From an uncultured Chthonomonadaceae bacterium (GTDB lineage Bacteria; Armatimonadota; Chthonomonadetes; Chthonomonadales; CAJBBX01), in contig CAYNFH010000003.1 of assembly GCA_964396385.1 (NCBI GenBank), positions 12,178 to 76,177 on the forward strand: DNA of 64,000 nucleotides. Reading direction: 5' to 3'. Numbering within the stretch: the first letter of the stretch is position 1; every line of letters starts with the position of its first letter. This document shows, piece by piece, positions 34,787 through 43,765 of the stretch. The notes under the pieces were generated by a model. The model made no database searches and was not told the DNA's origin. It worked only from the letters and a program-made list of their open reading frames with translations. Made by a program: the position numbers and the translations under genes.

Positions 34787-35367
34787 CCGTAGAACCCGTA
34801 ACCCTCGAAGGGCAGCACGTCCGACTGGAGCCCCTGGCAATGCAGCACCTGGAGGGGCTCTGCGCCGTAGGACTCGACCCGAGCATCTGGACGTGGATGC
34901 CCGCCAACCCGCGCACGCCGGATGAGATGCGGGAGGTGGTTGCCGCGGCCCTGCGGGACCAGTCGGCCGGGGTCGCCCTCCCGTTTGCCACCATTGACCG
35001 AGCGACGGACCGGGTGGTCGGAAGCACGCGCTACCTGGCCATCACCCCCGAGCACCGGCGTGTGGAGATCGGTTGGACCTGGATCGCCCCGGCCTGGCAG
35101 CGCACGGCCATCAACACGGAGGCCAAGTACCTGATGCTCCGGCACGCCTTTGAAAAGCTGGAGTGCGTGCGGGTGGAGCTGAAGACGGACCGGCTGAACG
35201 AGCGGTCCCGGGCGGCTATCCAGCGCATCGGCGCACAGGAGGAAGGCACGCTCCGCAGCCACATGCTGATGCCCGGCGGCCGGCTTCGAGATACCGTATA
35301 CTACAGCATCCTGGCGCCGGAATGGCCCGGCGTGAAGGCGGAGCTGGAGAGAAAGCTGAGGATGTAA
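34783..35367 (+). CDS. GNAT-family N-acetyltransferase (RimJ/RimL-like)
   Basis: GTG overlaps the upstream stop (GTGA). Motifs: LEGQHVRLEPL..., VEIGWTWIAPAWQRTAINTEAKYLMLRHAFEKL and NERSRAAIQRIGAQEEGTLR. Confidence 0.85.
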   Translation: MTVEPVTLEGQHVRLEPLAMQHLEGLCAVGLDPSIWTWMPANPRTPDEMREVVAAALRDQSAGVALPFATIDRATDRVVGSTRYLAITPEHRRVEIGWTWIAPAWQRTAINTEAKYLMLRHAFEKLECVRVELKTDRLNERSRAAIQRIGAQEEGTLRSHMLMPGGRLRDTVYYSILAPEWPGVKAELERKLRM

Positions 35368-35377
35368 ATTGATAAAT

Positions 35378-35425
35378 GGGTAAATGAGTGTACCTGGCGA
35401 GATCCCGGCGTACACTCATTTACCC
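35378..35425. repeat. 16-bp-stem hairpin whose left flank is a TAAATNNN x3 tandem, immediately after the GNAT stop
   Basis: GGGTAAATGAGTGTAC-ctggcgagatcccggc-GTACACTCATTTACCC, preceded by gTAAATtgaTAAATgg. Confidence 0.7.
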
Positions 35426-35471
35426 GTCTACTGCCCCACAGCAGGCGGCAAAAGCGCTGACCCAGACGCCT

Positions 35472-35506
35472 GAAGGGCCGGCTGCAAATCAGGCAGCCGG
35501 CCCTTC
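35472..35506. terminator. 14-bp perfect stem-loop between convergent genes (bidirectional terminator candidate)
   Basis: GAAGGGCCGGCTGC-aaatcag-GCAGCCGGCCCTTC. Confidence 0.6.
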
Positions 35507-35554
35507 AATCTGTTGAGTGTTACCCCACTACGTGGAGCAGTTTCCGCGTACGCC

Positions 35555-35851
35555 TCAGGTGGCCGGCGCAGCGCTGGCTTCGCTCTTAGTCTCCGTTTTG
35601 GACTCCGTCTTGGTCTCGGACTTCGTCTCCGCCTTCGTTTCCGCGGGCTTATCGGCATCCGCCTTCTTGCCGGAGCGCCCGTAGTCGTTCACGTGGAAGC
35701 CCGGCCCCTTGAAGACGATTCCCACCGGGTAGAGCAGCCGGCGCAGCTCGCCGCCACAGCCCTCATGGATGGAGAGCGGATCCTCCGTGATGCGCTGAAA
35801 CACCTCAAACTGCTCGTTGCACTTCGTACACTCGTAACCGTACGTAGGCAA
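35555..35851 (-). CDS. FmdB-family zinc-ribbon protein (CxxC...CxxC)
   Basis: MPTYGYECTKCNEQFEVFQRITEDPLSIHEGCGGELRRL. The C-terminus is a Lys/Glu/Thr-rich repeat tail. Confidence 0.85.
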   Translation of the reverse strand: MPTYGYECTKCNEQFEVFQRITEDPLSIHEGCGGELRRLLYPVGIVFKGPGFHVNDYGRSGKKADADKPAETKAETKSETKTESKTETKSEASAAPAT

Positions 35852-35895
35852 TGCCCCTCACCTCGCTGTACAAGATTTCAACCGTATCTATTATA

Positions 35896-38889
35896 TCACG
35901 GGTGGGTGCGGCCCATACCGAGCGCGGACAATAAGCGCGTGACGTCGGCCACTTCGCGCTTCATACCGAGCTCCTGGAAGACCGAAACCGCCTCAGAATA
36001 TAACTTGTGCGCGGATGTCAAGTCGTCCTGGCCTGCAGCCACCCTTCCCAGGTCGCGCAAGCAGGTCGCTTCACTCTTGCGGCTGCCAATGCGCCGGCTG
36101 ATCTGCAGCGCCGTTTCCAGCGCCTGCCGCGCAGAGGCGTACTCCTTCTGTTCGCCCAAGACCCGGCCCAGCAACTCCAGATTCCATGCGATGCCTGCCT
36201 GATCGCCCAGCTCCACATACAGGTCTCGCGCCTCCTCCAGAGCGGAGCGCGCATTGGCATAGTTGCGCTCCCGAATGGCGACCAATCCCAGGCTGTTTAA
36301 GGACCACGCCTGGCCGGCCAGATTGCTATAGTCGCGGTAAATGGCCAGAGTGCGCAGGAAGGATGAGCGCGCCTTTTCTTCGTCAGCCTCTTCCAGGTAG
36401 GTGTATCCCAAGCAGCCCAGATTCCACGCCTCGTTCATCGCGTCGCCGCGCTTGCGGTGCAGCTTCAGCGCCTCCTCCATCAGTTCCCGTCCCAGGGCCA
36501 CCTGCCCCTGCTCCCGGGCCACATAGCCAAGCCGGCCCAGCGCCTCTGCCTCACCACGGCTATTGCCCAACTTACGGAAGAGCTCCACGGCCTGCTGCAG
36601 GCTCTTGCGCGCCTCTTCGTATCGGCCCTGGTTGGACACAACATCTCCGAGCCACAACAGCGCCTCCGCCTCCCCGTCAGCGCAGCCTGACTCCCGCGCA
36701 AGCGCGAGCGCCATCTGACAGTGGGTCGCGGCATCCTCGAAGTCGCCCTGGCATTGGGCCAGACCACCCAGTCCGCAGAGGGCGGCGATTCGTACGGCCG
36801 GTGGGGCTTGGGTTCCGGAGCGAGAAAGCGCTCGGCCGAGCCGGTCACGCCCCTCCCTTACGTGGCCGCGAAGCCACCAGAACCGATAGAGACTGGAAGC
36901 GAGCCACAGTCCCCACTCGGCCTCTGTTCCGTCCTGTTCGGCCCAGCTCAGGGCGGTCCGAAGGTTGTCATGCTCCTCCTCTAGCCGGTTGAGCCACTCT
37001 TGCTGCTTAGGTCCCATGATCTCGGCGGCGGCACGCTCTCCCACGCTCAAGAAGTAGGCGGCATGATTCCGCGGAATTCCCTCCGCTTCCGTGGGATCGG
37101 CTATGAGTTTGGCCCTGGCGTACTGACGGATGGTGTCCAGCAGCCGGTAGCGTGGCGCTCCGCCGTGAAGGTCGTAGACAACGAGGGACCTGTCGACGAG
37201 CGAGGTGAGTACGTCCTCCGTCTCCGGTACCTCCGTCACTTCACGTACGGCCTGCAGGTCCGCGCCTCCGGAGAACACGCACAGACGCCTTAGAAGCCGC
37301 TGCTCCTCAGCGGTGAGCTGATCGTAGGACCAGTCGATGAGCGCCTCCAGCGATTGGTGGCGCGGCATGGCGGAGCGGCTTCCGCCGCGCAGCAGCCTGA
37401 ACCGGTCACTCAGACCCGCGTGGATGGCTTCGACTGAAAGGGCCCGTATGCGCGCCGCCGCAAGCTCTATGGCGAGCGGGATCCCGTCGAGCTGCCGGCA
37501 GATGTCCGCCACGACCTCCGCGTTAGCGCCGGTCAGCCGCCAATCCGGCTGGACGCGTCGCGCCAGCTCAACAAAGAGGCTCACAGCCGGGTACTCCTGA
37601 ATCACCGCCAGCCAATCCTTGTCTTGCGCTGTTCGAGGTGGCCGGCGTTTTTGTCCGATGGCGACAAACGGACATGGCAGGCCGGGAACGCGCCACGTGA
37701 CCTCGCCGGTGACCCGGAGCGGCTCCCGGCTCGTGGCGAGGATTCGTACCTCCTGGCCGCAGCCCAACAGATCAGACACGACGTTGGCGCAGTCCTGCAG
37801 CAGGTGCTCGCAGTTGTCCAGGACAATCAGCAGTCGCCTGGTTGAAAGAAACTCCTTCAAACTCTCCAGCGGAGACCTGTTGGGCTGCTCCGCTACCCCA
37901 AGAGTCCTCGCGATAACCGGCACAATGAGAGCAGCATCTGCGAGCCCGGAGAGGTCCACGAACCAGGCGCCGTGCGTGTAAGCGGTGGCTGCCGTCTGAG
38001 CGGCGGCAATGGCCAGCCGGGTCTTGCCAATCCCGCCTGTACCGCACAAGGTGACCAGGCGCGCGGAGGAGATGCTGGCGACGATGTCCTTGACGGCCAA
38101 TTCACGGCCGACCAGACCGGTAAGTGGGTGCGGAAGTCGACCAGAGACCGCCGCGGAAAGCCGTGTGAGGGCAGGCACAGATTGGCGGTGCTTGAGACGT
38201 TCGTAAAGCGCGGCCGTCGCCGGGTCCGGAGCGGCATTCAGCTCCCGGTAGAGATAGAGACGAAAGTCCCGGTATACCTGCGCCAGTGCGGCGTGCTCAC
38301 TACGCTCCGCCAGCAGCTCCATCAGGGTGCGGAGCGCCGTCTCCCGGAGCGGGTCCACAGCCATTACACGCCGCAGGTACCCCGTAGCCGCCGAGGTGTC
38401 GCCCTGCGCTGCCTCGTCGGCAGCAAGCCGCTCCAGGGCGGCGACATAGGCCTGGGCGCGCAACTCACGCTCCGGGGTCACCCAGTCCGCGCCGAGGCCG
38501 GCCAGCAGCTCGCCGCGATAGATCTCGACCGCGCGATGAAGTGCCGGAGGATCGCTTCGGCTCACAAGACAGTCGAACTCTGTCACGTCGATCCACGCGC
38601 CGGAGGTTTCCAGGCGGATGCCGCGGATGGTGGGGGAGGATAACCGCGTGGCCTCCTCGCCAAGCGCGTCGCGCAGGTCGGTGAGATTGCGCCGGAGGTT
38701 ATAGCGAGACTGATCTGGGCGGCTGTCCGGCCAGAGCGTCTCGGCTAGCCATTCCCGGTCCAGTACCTGGCCGCCGCGCAGGGCCAGGAGCGCCAGCAAC
38801 TCCTGGCCCGCGCGCGAGCGCAGTGCGCCCATCGGGGCGCCATCAACCTGGACGTCGACCGGACCGAAGAGACGTATCTCAAGGGACAT
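35896..38889 (-). CDS. SARP/AfsR-type regulator: winged-helix BTAD N-terminus, NB-ARC (STAND) ATPase, C-terminal TPR array
   Basis: N-terminus is LEIRLFGPVDVQVDG...ELLALLALRGGQVLDREWLAETLWPD. P-loop is LVTLCGTGGIGKTRLA. Multiple TPR repeats of the form A...LG.V....G.Y..A follow. Start is ATG 38889, with an alternative GTG at 38910. Confidence 0.85.
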   Translation of the reverse strand: MSLEIRLFGPVDVQVDGAPMGALRSRAGQELLALLALRGGQVLDREWLAETLWPDSRPDQSRYNLRRNLTDLRDALGEEATRLSSPTIRGIRLETSGAWIDVTEFDCLVSRSDPPALHRAVEIYRGELLAGLGADWVTPERELRAQAYVAALERLAADEAAQGDTSAATGYLRRVMAVDPLRETALRTLMELLAERSEHAALAQVYRDFRLYLYRELNAAPDPATAALYERLKHRQSVPALTRLSAAVSGRLPHPLTGLVGRELAVKDIVASISSARLVTLCGTGGIGKTRLAIAAAQTAATAYTHGAWFVDLSGLADAALIVPVIARTLGVAEQPNRSPLESLKEFLSTRRLLIVLDNCEHLLQDCANVVSDLLGCGQEVRILATSREPLRVTGEVTWRVPGLPCPFVAIGQKRRPPRTAQDKDWLAVIQEYPAVSLFVELARRVQPDWRLTGANAEVVADICRQLDGIPLAIELAAARIRALSVEAIHAGLSDRFRLLRGGSRSAMPRHQSLEALIDWSYDQLTAEEQRLLRRLCVFSGGADLQAVREVTEVPETEDVLTSLVDRSLVVYDLHGGAPRYRLLDTIRQYARAKLIADPTEAEGIPRNHAAYFLSVGERAAAEIMGPKQQEWLNRLEEEHDNLRTALSWAEQDGTEAEWGLWLASSLYRFWWLRGHVREGRDRLGRALSRSGTQAPPAVRIAALCGLGGLAQCQGDFEDAATHCQMALALARESGCADGEAEALLWLGDVVSNQGRYEEARKSLQQAVELFRKLGNSRGEAEALGRLGYVAREQGQVALGRELMEEALKLHRKRGDAMNEAWNLGCLGYTYLEEADEEKARSSFLRTLAIYRDYSNLAGQAWSLNSLGLVAIRERNYANARSALEEARDLYVELGDQAGIAWNLELLGRVLGEQKEYASARQALETALQISRRIGSRKSEATCLRDLGRVAAGQDDLTSAHKLYSEAVSVFQELGMKREVADVTRLLSALGMGRTHP

Positions 38890-39140
38890 TTCAAGATGAA
38901 CCAGACGCACAATAGATGCGCCCTCGGTCCCGTGAGACGGCAGTGGTGGATGATGGTACCGAAGGGGCGGAACGTCCTCGGCAGCAACGGGCGTGTCACG
39001 ACCGCAGCATTATACGCCGTGTCTGTTCTCTTGATGTCTCCTTAACTCCTCCGTATTAGAACCAGGCGTGTGTACGGGTTGGACGTACGGACCCTGCCTC
39101 CGGCCGAGCTACAATTCCGGTCCAGCTACTCTGGGCTCGG

Positions 39141-39884
39141 TCATGGCTGTACAGTGAGGCCACCAAGGTTGACGCGGACGTCCGCCTTGTGCTCGAAGTC
39201 GCCGTTGGCGACAAGCGTGAAGACAAGGTCCTGGAGGGTCTTGCCCACCGGGATTGCAAAGAGGATTGGGAAGTCAACCTTGGAACCCGGGATTAGAAAC
39301 TTCGTCTGAACGGGCGCGCCAGCAAAGTCGTAACCTACGGGGCGGAATGCCTCGCCGTCGGTATCCGCGATGGCATTATGGACATCCGAGCCGACCCACA
39401 GGCGGGAGTCCATTTTACGGCCGTTTACCACGTGGCAGTCGACCAGAATGAGCCCGTAGCCTCTCTTCGGCGTGACCACCATCGTGTCTCGTTGAACGGA
39501 CACGGCATCCTCGTCGGCCAAGGTCACGTCGGGAGTCCGCATCGTGTAGCTTTCCACCTCCTTGACGCTCAGCACGGAGAACCTCCACCGGCCGTCGAAG
39601 AGCAGGTCGCCAATCTTGCCCCGAAGGCCCTCAACCGGATTGGCGCCGCCGGCGAGCTTCATCTCGAGGCCATCTGAGCGAGTTTCTACAACCATCTGAA
39701 GCGCTCGTGCCACATCGGCAACAGGAACATAGGCCTGGCCTCCGATGGTCCGCAAGCGCGCAGATGCCACCTTTCCATTGATGATAAGCCGTGTCCCCAC
39801 ACCTAAAGCGAAGGCGTAAGAGCCACAGCATGTGACTGCTCCTAAGATCAGCCAGCAGTGCGGCCGTTTGATTTGAATAGTCAA
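39141..39884 (-). CDS. Secreted protein with a copper-amine-oxidase-N-like stalk domain and a DUF4352-like beta-sandwich
   Basis: TTG start 7 nt after AAGGAG. LIINGKVASARLRTIGGQAYVPVADVARAL, then ...GLILVDCHVVNG...FPILFAIPVG. Confidence 0.6.
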   Translation of the reverse strand: MTIQIKRPHCWLILGAVTCCGSYAFALGVGTRLIINGKVASARLRTIGGQAYVPVADVARALQMVVETRSDGLEMKLAGGANPVEGLRGKIGDLLFDGRWRFSVLSVKEVESYTMRTPDVTLADEDAVSVQRDTMVVTPKRGYGLILVDCHVVNGRKMDSRLWVGSDVHNAIADTDGEAFRPVGYDFAGAPVQTKFLIPGSKVDFPILFAIPVGKTLQDLVFTLVANGDFEHKADVRVNLGGLTVQP

Positions 39885-39914
39885 CTTCTATCTCCTTGAA
39901 TGCATGCTCGACGC

Positions 39915-41669
39915 CTATTCCGATACTTCGTATGTGAATGTCCGCGCGCTCCACCGCGCGGTCCCGATTCGGATCGCCTTCAGCAGAGCCTGAAGGTGGG
40001 CTAACTCCGTCTTAGAGTAACGCGGGTCCACGGCGCCGGAGCCGCTGACCCAACCTGCCCCCACGGTAGGCTCCAGGGGCGGGAGCTGGTCCACCGACAC
40101 CAGAATGGCGCGAACCAGTGTGTGACCCAGTGGCGTCGCGCCGTTTACCTCAAACTCCTGGCGGGGCAGTCTGCTCTTTCCCGGGGGGAGCACGTTGCGG
40201 GGTTCGGCCGGCGCAGGCCAGACGAGCTGGACCACACCATCAGCGTCGTCCTGATCCAGCAGGTACAGGTAGCCTCCGGTCGGCGTGTCCACCTGCACGT
40301 GGAACAGCTCCCCACGCCGGTATCGGGGCTGTTCCGGGGCGATGCTCCAATCCACCGGCAGCGTACCGCTTCCGCTCGCCGCCATCCGGAACAGTCGGAG
40401 CACATACGCCTGGCGCCGCAAGTAGTCCGCCAATCCCGCGCTCATGAGCGACGGTACATCCGTGCCGGAGTACTCCGCCTTGCGGAACTCATCCACTTCA
40501 TCACCGGCTACCCGCGCATGCCATACGCGGCCGACGCGGCTGAGGGAGATGATGCGGTCGGGCCGGTCCCCGTACTGCGGCACGAGCGCAGCCTCCGGCA
40601 GCCGCTTCGACAAGAATGTCTGCCAGGCGGGGCCGGCCTGCGCCAGGAGCTTTTTGCGCTCGGCGTCCTCCCTTCCGGGAGGGGCATCGAGCCCTACCCG
40701 CAGCGTCTGCTCCTTGCGCCGGAGGGCGTCCACCATGCCGGCCGCTTGTGCCGCGACCGGTGGGGGCGGCGGAGGCGGTGGACCGGAGAGCATCGGGGAT
40801 CCGGAGCTTAGCAATGGCCTATCGAAGAGCTGCGTGAGCCCGGGGCGGTCCGGATAGGGCCGCAGGCCCGGCATGTAGCCCGGCCGGCTCGCGAACCGCT
40901 TCCGGACCTCCTCCAGCAGGGAGCGGTAGGTGGGCGCCTGCTTCTGCACGAGGGCGGTCATAGCGACGTTGCTCAACTCGTCCGAAAATGCGCCGGCCCA
41001 GGTGTTGGAGCTGAAGTCCACGCGCCACTCGTACGCACTGCCTTCGCTTCCGCAGGCGGCGAGCAGAATGCCCGGTCCGCGGTAGAGCTGCTTGCGGGGA
41101 ACACCGGGACGGGAGACGCAGCGGGGAACGTTCTTGTAGTACCGGTCCTCCCCGCGGAGGGGCGGCCGGACGTAGCAGGTGTCCAGGACGATCACCGGTG
41201 TCGCTTTGCTTCGGACGACCTGTTGCGCCCAGACCTCCACGGCCGACATCCGGACGTCTCGCGCGGCGCTCTTGGGCTGGCCGTCATAGGGAACCAGCGT
41301 GGGCTCCATCTCCTTTGTGGCTCGCGGCGCGGAGGCGGGGGGAGCGATGGAGCCCCGGCCGCTGAAATAGAACAGGATCTCATCGCCCTCTCGGGCCGAG
41401 TCCGCCAGCGCCTGGAGGCCCTTCCGGATGGCCGCGCCGGTCGCCGCGGATCCACGCAGCTCCTGGACGGCGCAGTGGCCGTACTCCAGCACGGCTCGCA
41501 TCTGCTTGAGGTCCGTCGCGGCCCCGTGAAGCTGGTCGTAAGAGTCGTGGATGAAGGGATAGGTGTCCAGGCCCACCAGCAGCGCACGGCTCGCGGCGTG
41601 TGTCTGCCGCGCCGCGAGCAGTATCGCCGCGGCCAGAACGGCGCGCCGGACGGCGAGCAGCCGGCTCAT
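39915..41669 (-). CDS. Secreted caspase-fold (peptidase C14-like) protein with catalytic His replaced by Arg (pseudo-caspase), plus a DUF4384-like C-terminal domain
   Basis: ALLVGLDTYPF...ILFYFSGRGS, where active homologs have GHG. VLDTCY retains the Cys. The C-terminal GELFHVQVDTPTGGYLYLLDQDDADGVVQLVWP is like DUF4384. The ATG overlaps the upstream stop. Confidence 0.7.
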   Translation of the reverse strand: MSRLLAVRRAVLAAAILLAARQTHAASRALLVGLDTYPFIHDSYDQLHGAATDLKQMRAVLEYGHCAVQELRGSAATGAAIRKGLQALADSAREGDEILFYFSGRGSIAPPASAPRATKEMEPTLVPYDGQPKSAARDVRMSAVEVWAQQVVRSKATPVIVLDTCYVRPPLRGEDRYYKNVPRCVSRPGVPRKQLYRGPGILLAACGSEGSAYEWRVDFSSNTWAGAFSDELSNVAMTALVQKQAPTYRSLLEEVRKRFASRPGYMPGLRPYPDRPGLTQLFDRPLLSSGSPMLSGPPPPPPPPVAAQAAGMVDALRRKEQTLRVGLDAPPGREDAERKKLLAQAGPAWQTFLSKRLPEAALVPQYGDRPDRIISLSRVGRVWHARVAGDEVDEFRKAEYSGTDVPSLMSAGLADYLRRQAYVLRLFRMAASGSGTLPVDWSIAPEQPRYRRGELFHVQVDTPTGGYLYLLDQDDADGVVQLVWPAPAEPRNVLPPGKSRLPRQEFEVNGATPLGHTLVRAILVSVDQLPPLEPTVGAGWVSGSGAVDPRYSKTELAHLQALLKAIRIGTARWSARTFTYEVSE

Positions 41670-43765
41670 CGAGCGACCCCCCGTCGATCGACTTCAATGT
41701 TCGCCAGCGCTGTATGGCGGAGGTGATCTCCCCGCACCGCGAAGCGGTAGAGCCGCCACAGGCTGCTGTTCACCAGATCGCTGACGGTCACGCCGCGCGT
41801 ACTGCACGCATGGACCACGGCGTGCTCCATGTTGCCGAAGCGGGGGTCCCGCAGCCGCCCCACGTAGATGCCGGTGTGGTGGTTCCCGTCGTACAGCCGG
41901 TAAGGGTTGTTCTGGAAGATGAGCCGGTCTCCCGGCTGGAGCGCGTCCAGGCTGGGGGGCGGTCCCAGGGAGACGGCGCGGCCGAAGATCTCCGCTGGAC
42001 CGCTCTTCCAGTGGACCACCGCACCGTAGTCCTCCATGTTATGGACCGGCGGCGAGGGCACGGGCAGACGTGCGCGCGCATAAACGGCGGCGACGAAGTG
42101 AGAGCAGTCGATGCCGCGGTTGAGGTCCGTGCCGCCCCAGCTATAGGGCGTGCCGATGTACTTCAGGCCCTCACGCGCCGCCATTATGCCTCCCGTCAGC
42201 GGGGGAGCGGAGGAAGGCGCGGTGGGGAACGTCGCCAGGTCCAGGCCCGACGCCCTGACATAACCCGTTATCTCGCCCGCGGTAACGCGGACCAACCCGG
42301 CTCCTGGCACCTTGCCGACCACCAGCACCAGCGAGTTCTTGGGCAGGGTGGTAAGCACCGGCGCACCCCTGCCGGTATGCTGGCGGATCTCCAGGGCAGT
42401 CCGCGCTTTGCCTACGGCCTCCAGCGGCTGCAGACTGTTGGGGCCGAGCGGCGGAGGCGGCGGAAATCGTACGGTGTTGGATGTCGGGAAGGGGCGCAGG
42501 AGGTTCACCACCTCCCCGGGCTCCAGCTCCGTGCCGGGCGGCAGCGCCGTGTTGGCGGCCAGGAACTGGGTAGCGGTGACGCGGCACCGTTTGGAGAGGG
42601 ATGCGACCGTCTCACCCGGCTGGACCGCGTAGAGGCCGGTCACCTGGTAGCCCGCAGACTTGGGACGCGTGCCGTCCTCCTGAAGGCCGGCGATGACTAC
42701 CACCGGAGCGCCGAGCGGCAGGCGGTCGTCCGGGCGGAGACCGTTCAGCGTCCTGAGCAGGCTAACCGGCATCCGCGCCGAGGCCGCGACCTCCTCCAGT
42801 CGCTGGCCCGGTTTCAACGCGATCGTCTCGAAGCGGATGGGCGAGGGGGTCACATGCTGGCGCAGTCCGACCACGTACCAGTCCCCTTCCTTAATCTCGC
42901 CGCGCCGGATGGCCGCGAGGGCGTCTCCGTCGGAAGGCTGAACTCTCGTGACAACCGCCGCATAGGATCCGTATGTATGGCCCAGCGCACCGTAGAAGCT
43001 CGTCTCCGCTCGCACGGGGGACTGCGGACCGCCGGCCCGCGGCGTGGGCTTGTCCGTGGCGCGCGGGTGGGTGACTGGCGCCCCGAATGCGTTGGTCCCG
43101 AGCAGCGGGACCGGGATCCCTTCACTCAGGGTGTATATCTGCACGAAGGCCGGAACGGGGGGACGCACCCAGAGCAGCAGTGTCTTGGCGGGAGGAGAGA
43201 CACCCATCTCCGGGAGGAGCGAGAAGTCCGGGAGCGCGCTAGCCCCGCCGGCCAGACCCAGCTTCTGCCTCCAGTAGGCCGGTGTGAAGAGGGAGATCTG
43301 GGCGCCTCCCACCTCCATGCCGATCCCCAGTAGCCCTGCCAGGCTCTCCAGGCCCACCATCATCGTCTCGCCGTGTCCAGGCAGCGCCATCCTGCGGGGC
43401 GGGGCGGACAGGTACACCCGGCGTGTTGCTTCCCCCTCACGACCTGGACTCACCTCCGCGTAGCTGCCCGATTGGTCCGCCGCCGGAAGCTGGATGACGA
43501 CCTTGCCGCCGACCAGGACTTTACAGAAGGTGGGGTCCGTCGCGTCCAGATTGGCTTGCCCGTGGGTGAGCACGCTCAGCGCGCGCTCCAGGGGCACGCG
43601 ATAGTCGTTCAGCTCGATGGCGACCGGCCCAATGTCTACCGGCTGCTCATCCATCCGCACGACGATATGGGGCAGCAGCCGGAGATCGGCGCGCGCGGAA
43701 CGGAGCAGCGCGCCGGCCAGCGCCATGCTGCCGAGCAGGAGCGCAGCGCGATAGCCCGGTCTCAC
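41666..43765 (-). CDS. Secreted cell-wall hydrolase: LysM repeats, SH3b-like domain and NlpC/P60 cysteine peptidase
   Basis: LysM-like segments are IALKPGQRLEEVAASARMPVSLLRTLNGL and YAVQPGETVASLSKRCRVTATQFLAANTAL. NlpC/P60 region is GTPYSWGGTDLNRGIDCSHFV...HHTGIYVG. The GTG overlaps the upstream stop. Confidence 0.85.
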   Translation of the reverse strand: MRPGYRAALLLGSMALAGALLRSARADLRLLPHIVVRMDEQPVDIGPVAIELNDYRVPLERALSVLTHGQANLDATDPTFCKVLVGGKVVIQLPAADQSGSYAEVSPGREGEATRRVYLSAPPRRMALPGHGETMMVGLESLAGLLGIGMEVGGAQISLFTPAYWRQKLGLAGGASALPDFSLLPEMGVSPPAKTLLLWVRPPVPAFVQIYTLSEGIPVPLLGTNAFGAPVTHPRATDKPTPRAGGPQSPVRAETSFYGALGHTYGSYAAVVTRVQPSDGDALAAIRRGEIKEGDWYVVGLRQHVTPSPIRFETIALKPGQRLEEVAASARMPVSLLRTLNGLRPDDRLPLGAPVVVIAGLQEDGTRPKSAGYQVTGLYAVQPGETVASLSKRCRVTATQFLAANTALPPGTELEPGEVVNLLRPFPTSNTVRFPPPPPLGPNSLQPLEAVGKARTALEIRQHTGRGAPVLTTLPKNSLVLVVGKVPGAGLVRVTAGEITGYVRASGLDLATFPTAPSSAPPLTGGIMAAREGLKYIGTPYSWGGTDLNRGIDCSHFVAAVYARARLPVPSPPVHNMEDYGAVVHWKSGPAEIFGRAVSLGPPPSLDALQPGDRLIFQNNPYRLYDGNHHTGIYVGRLRDPRFGNMEHAVVHACSTRGVTVSDLVNSSLWRLYRFAVRGDHLRHTALANIEVDRRGVAR

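Noticed and set aside
41600-43333. 577-aa plus-strand ORF
   Set aside because: It is antisense to the LysM/NlpC-P60 gene. The composition is dominated by R/G/A/P, there is no recognisable domain, and the minus-strand product is clearly real.
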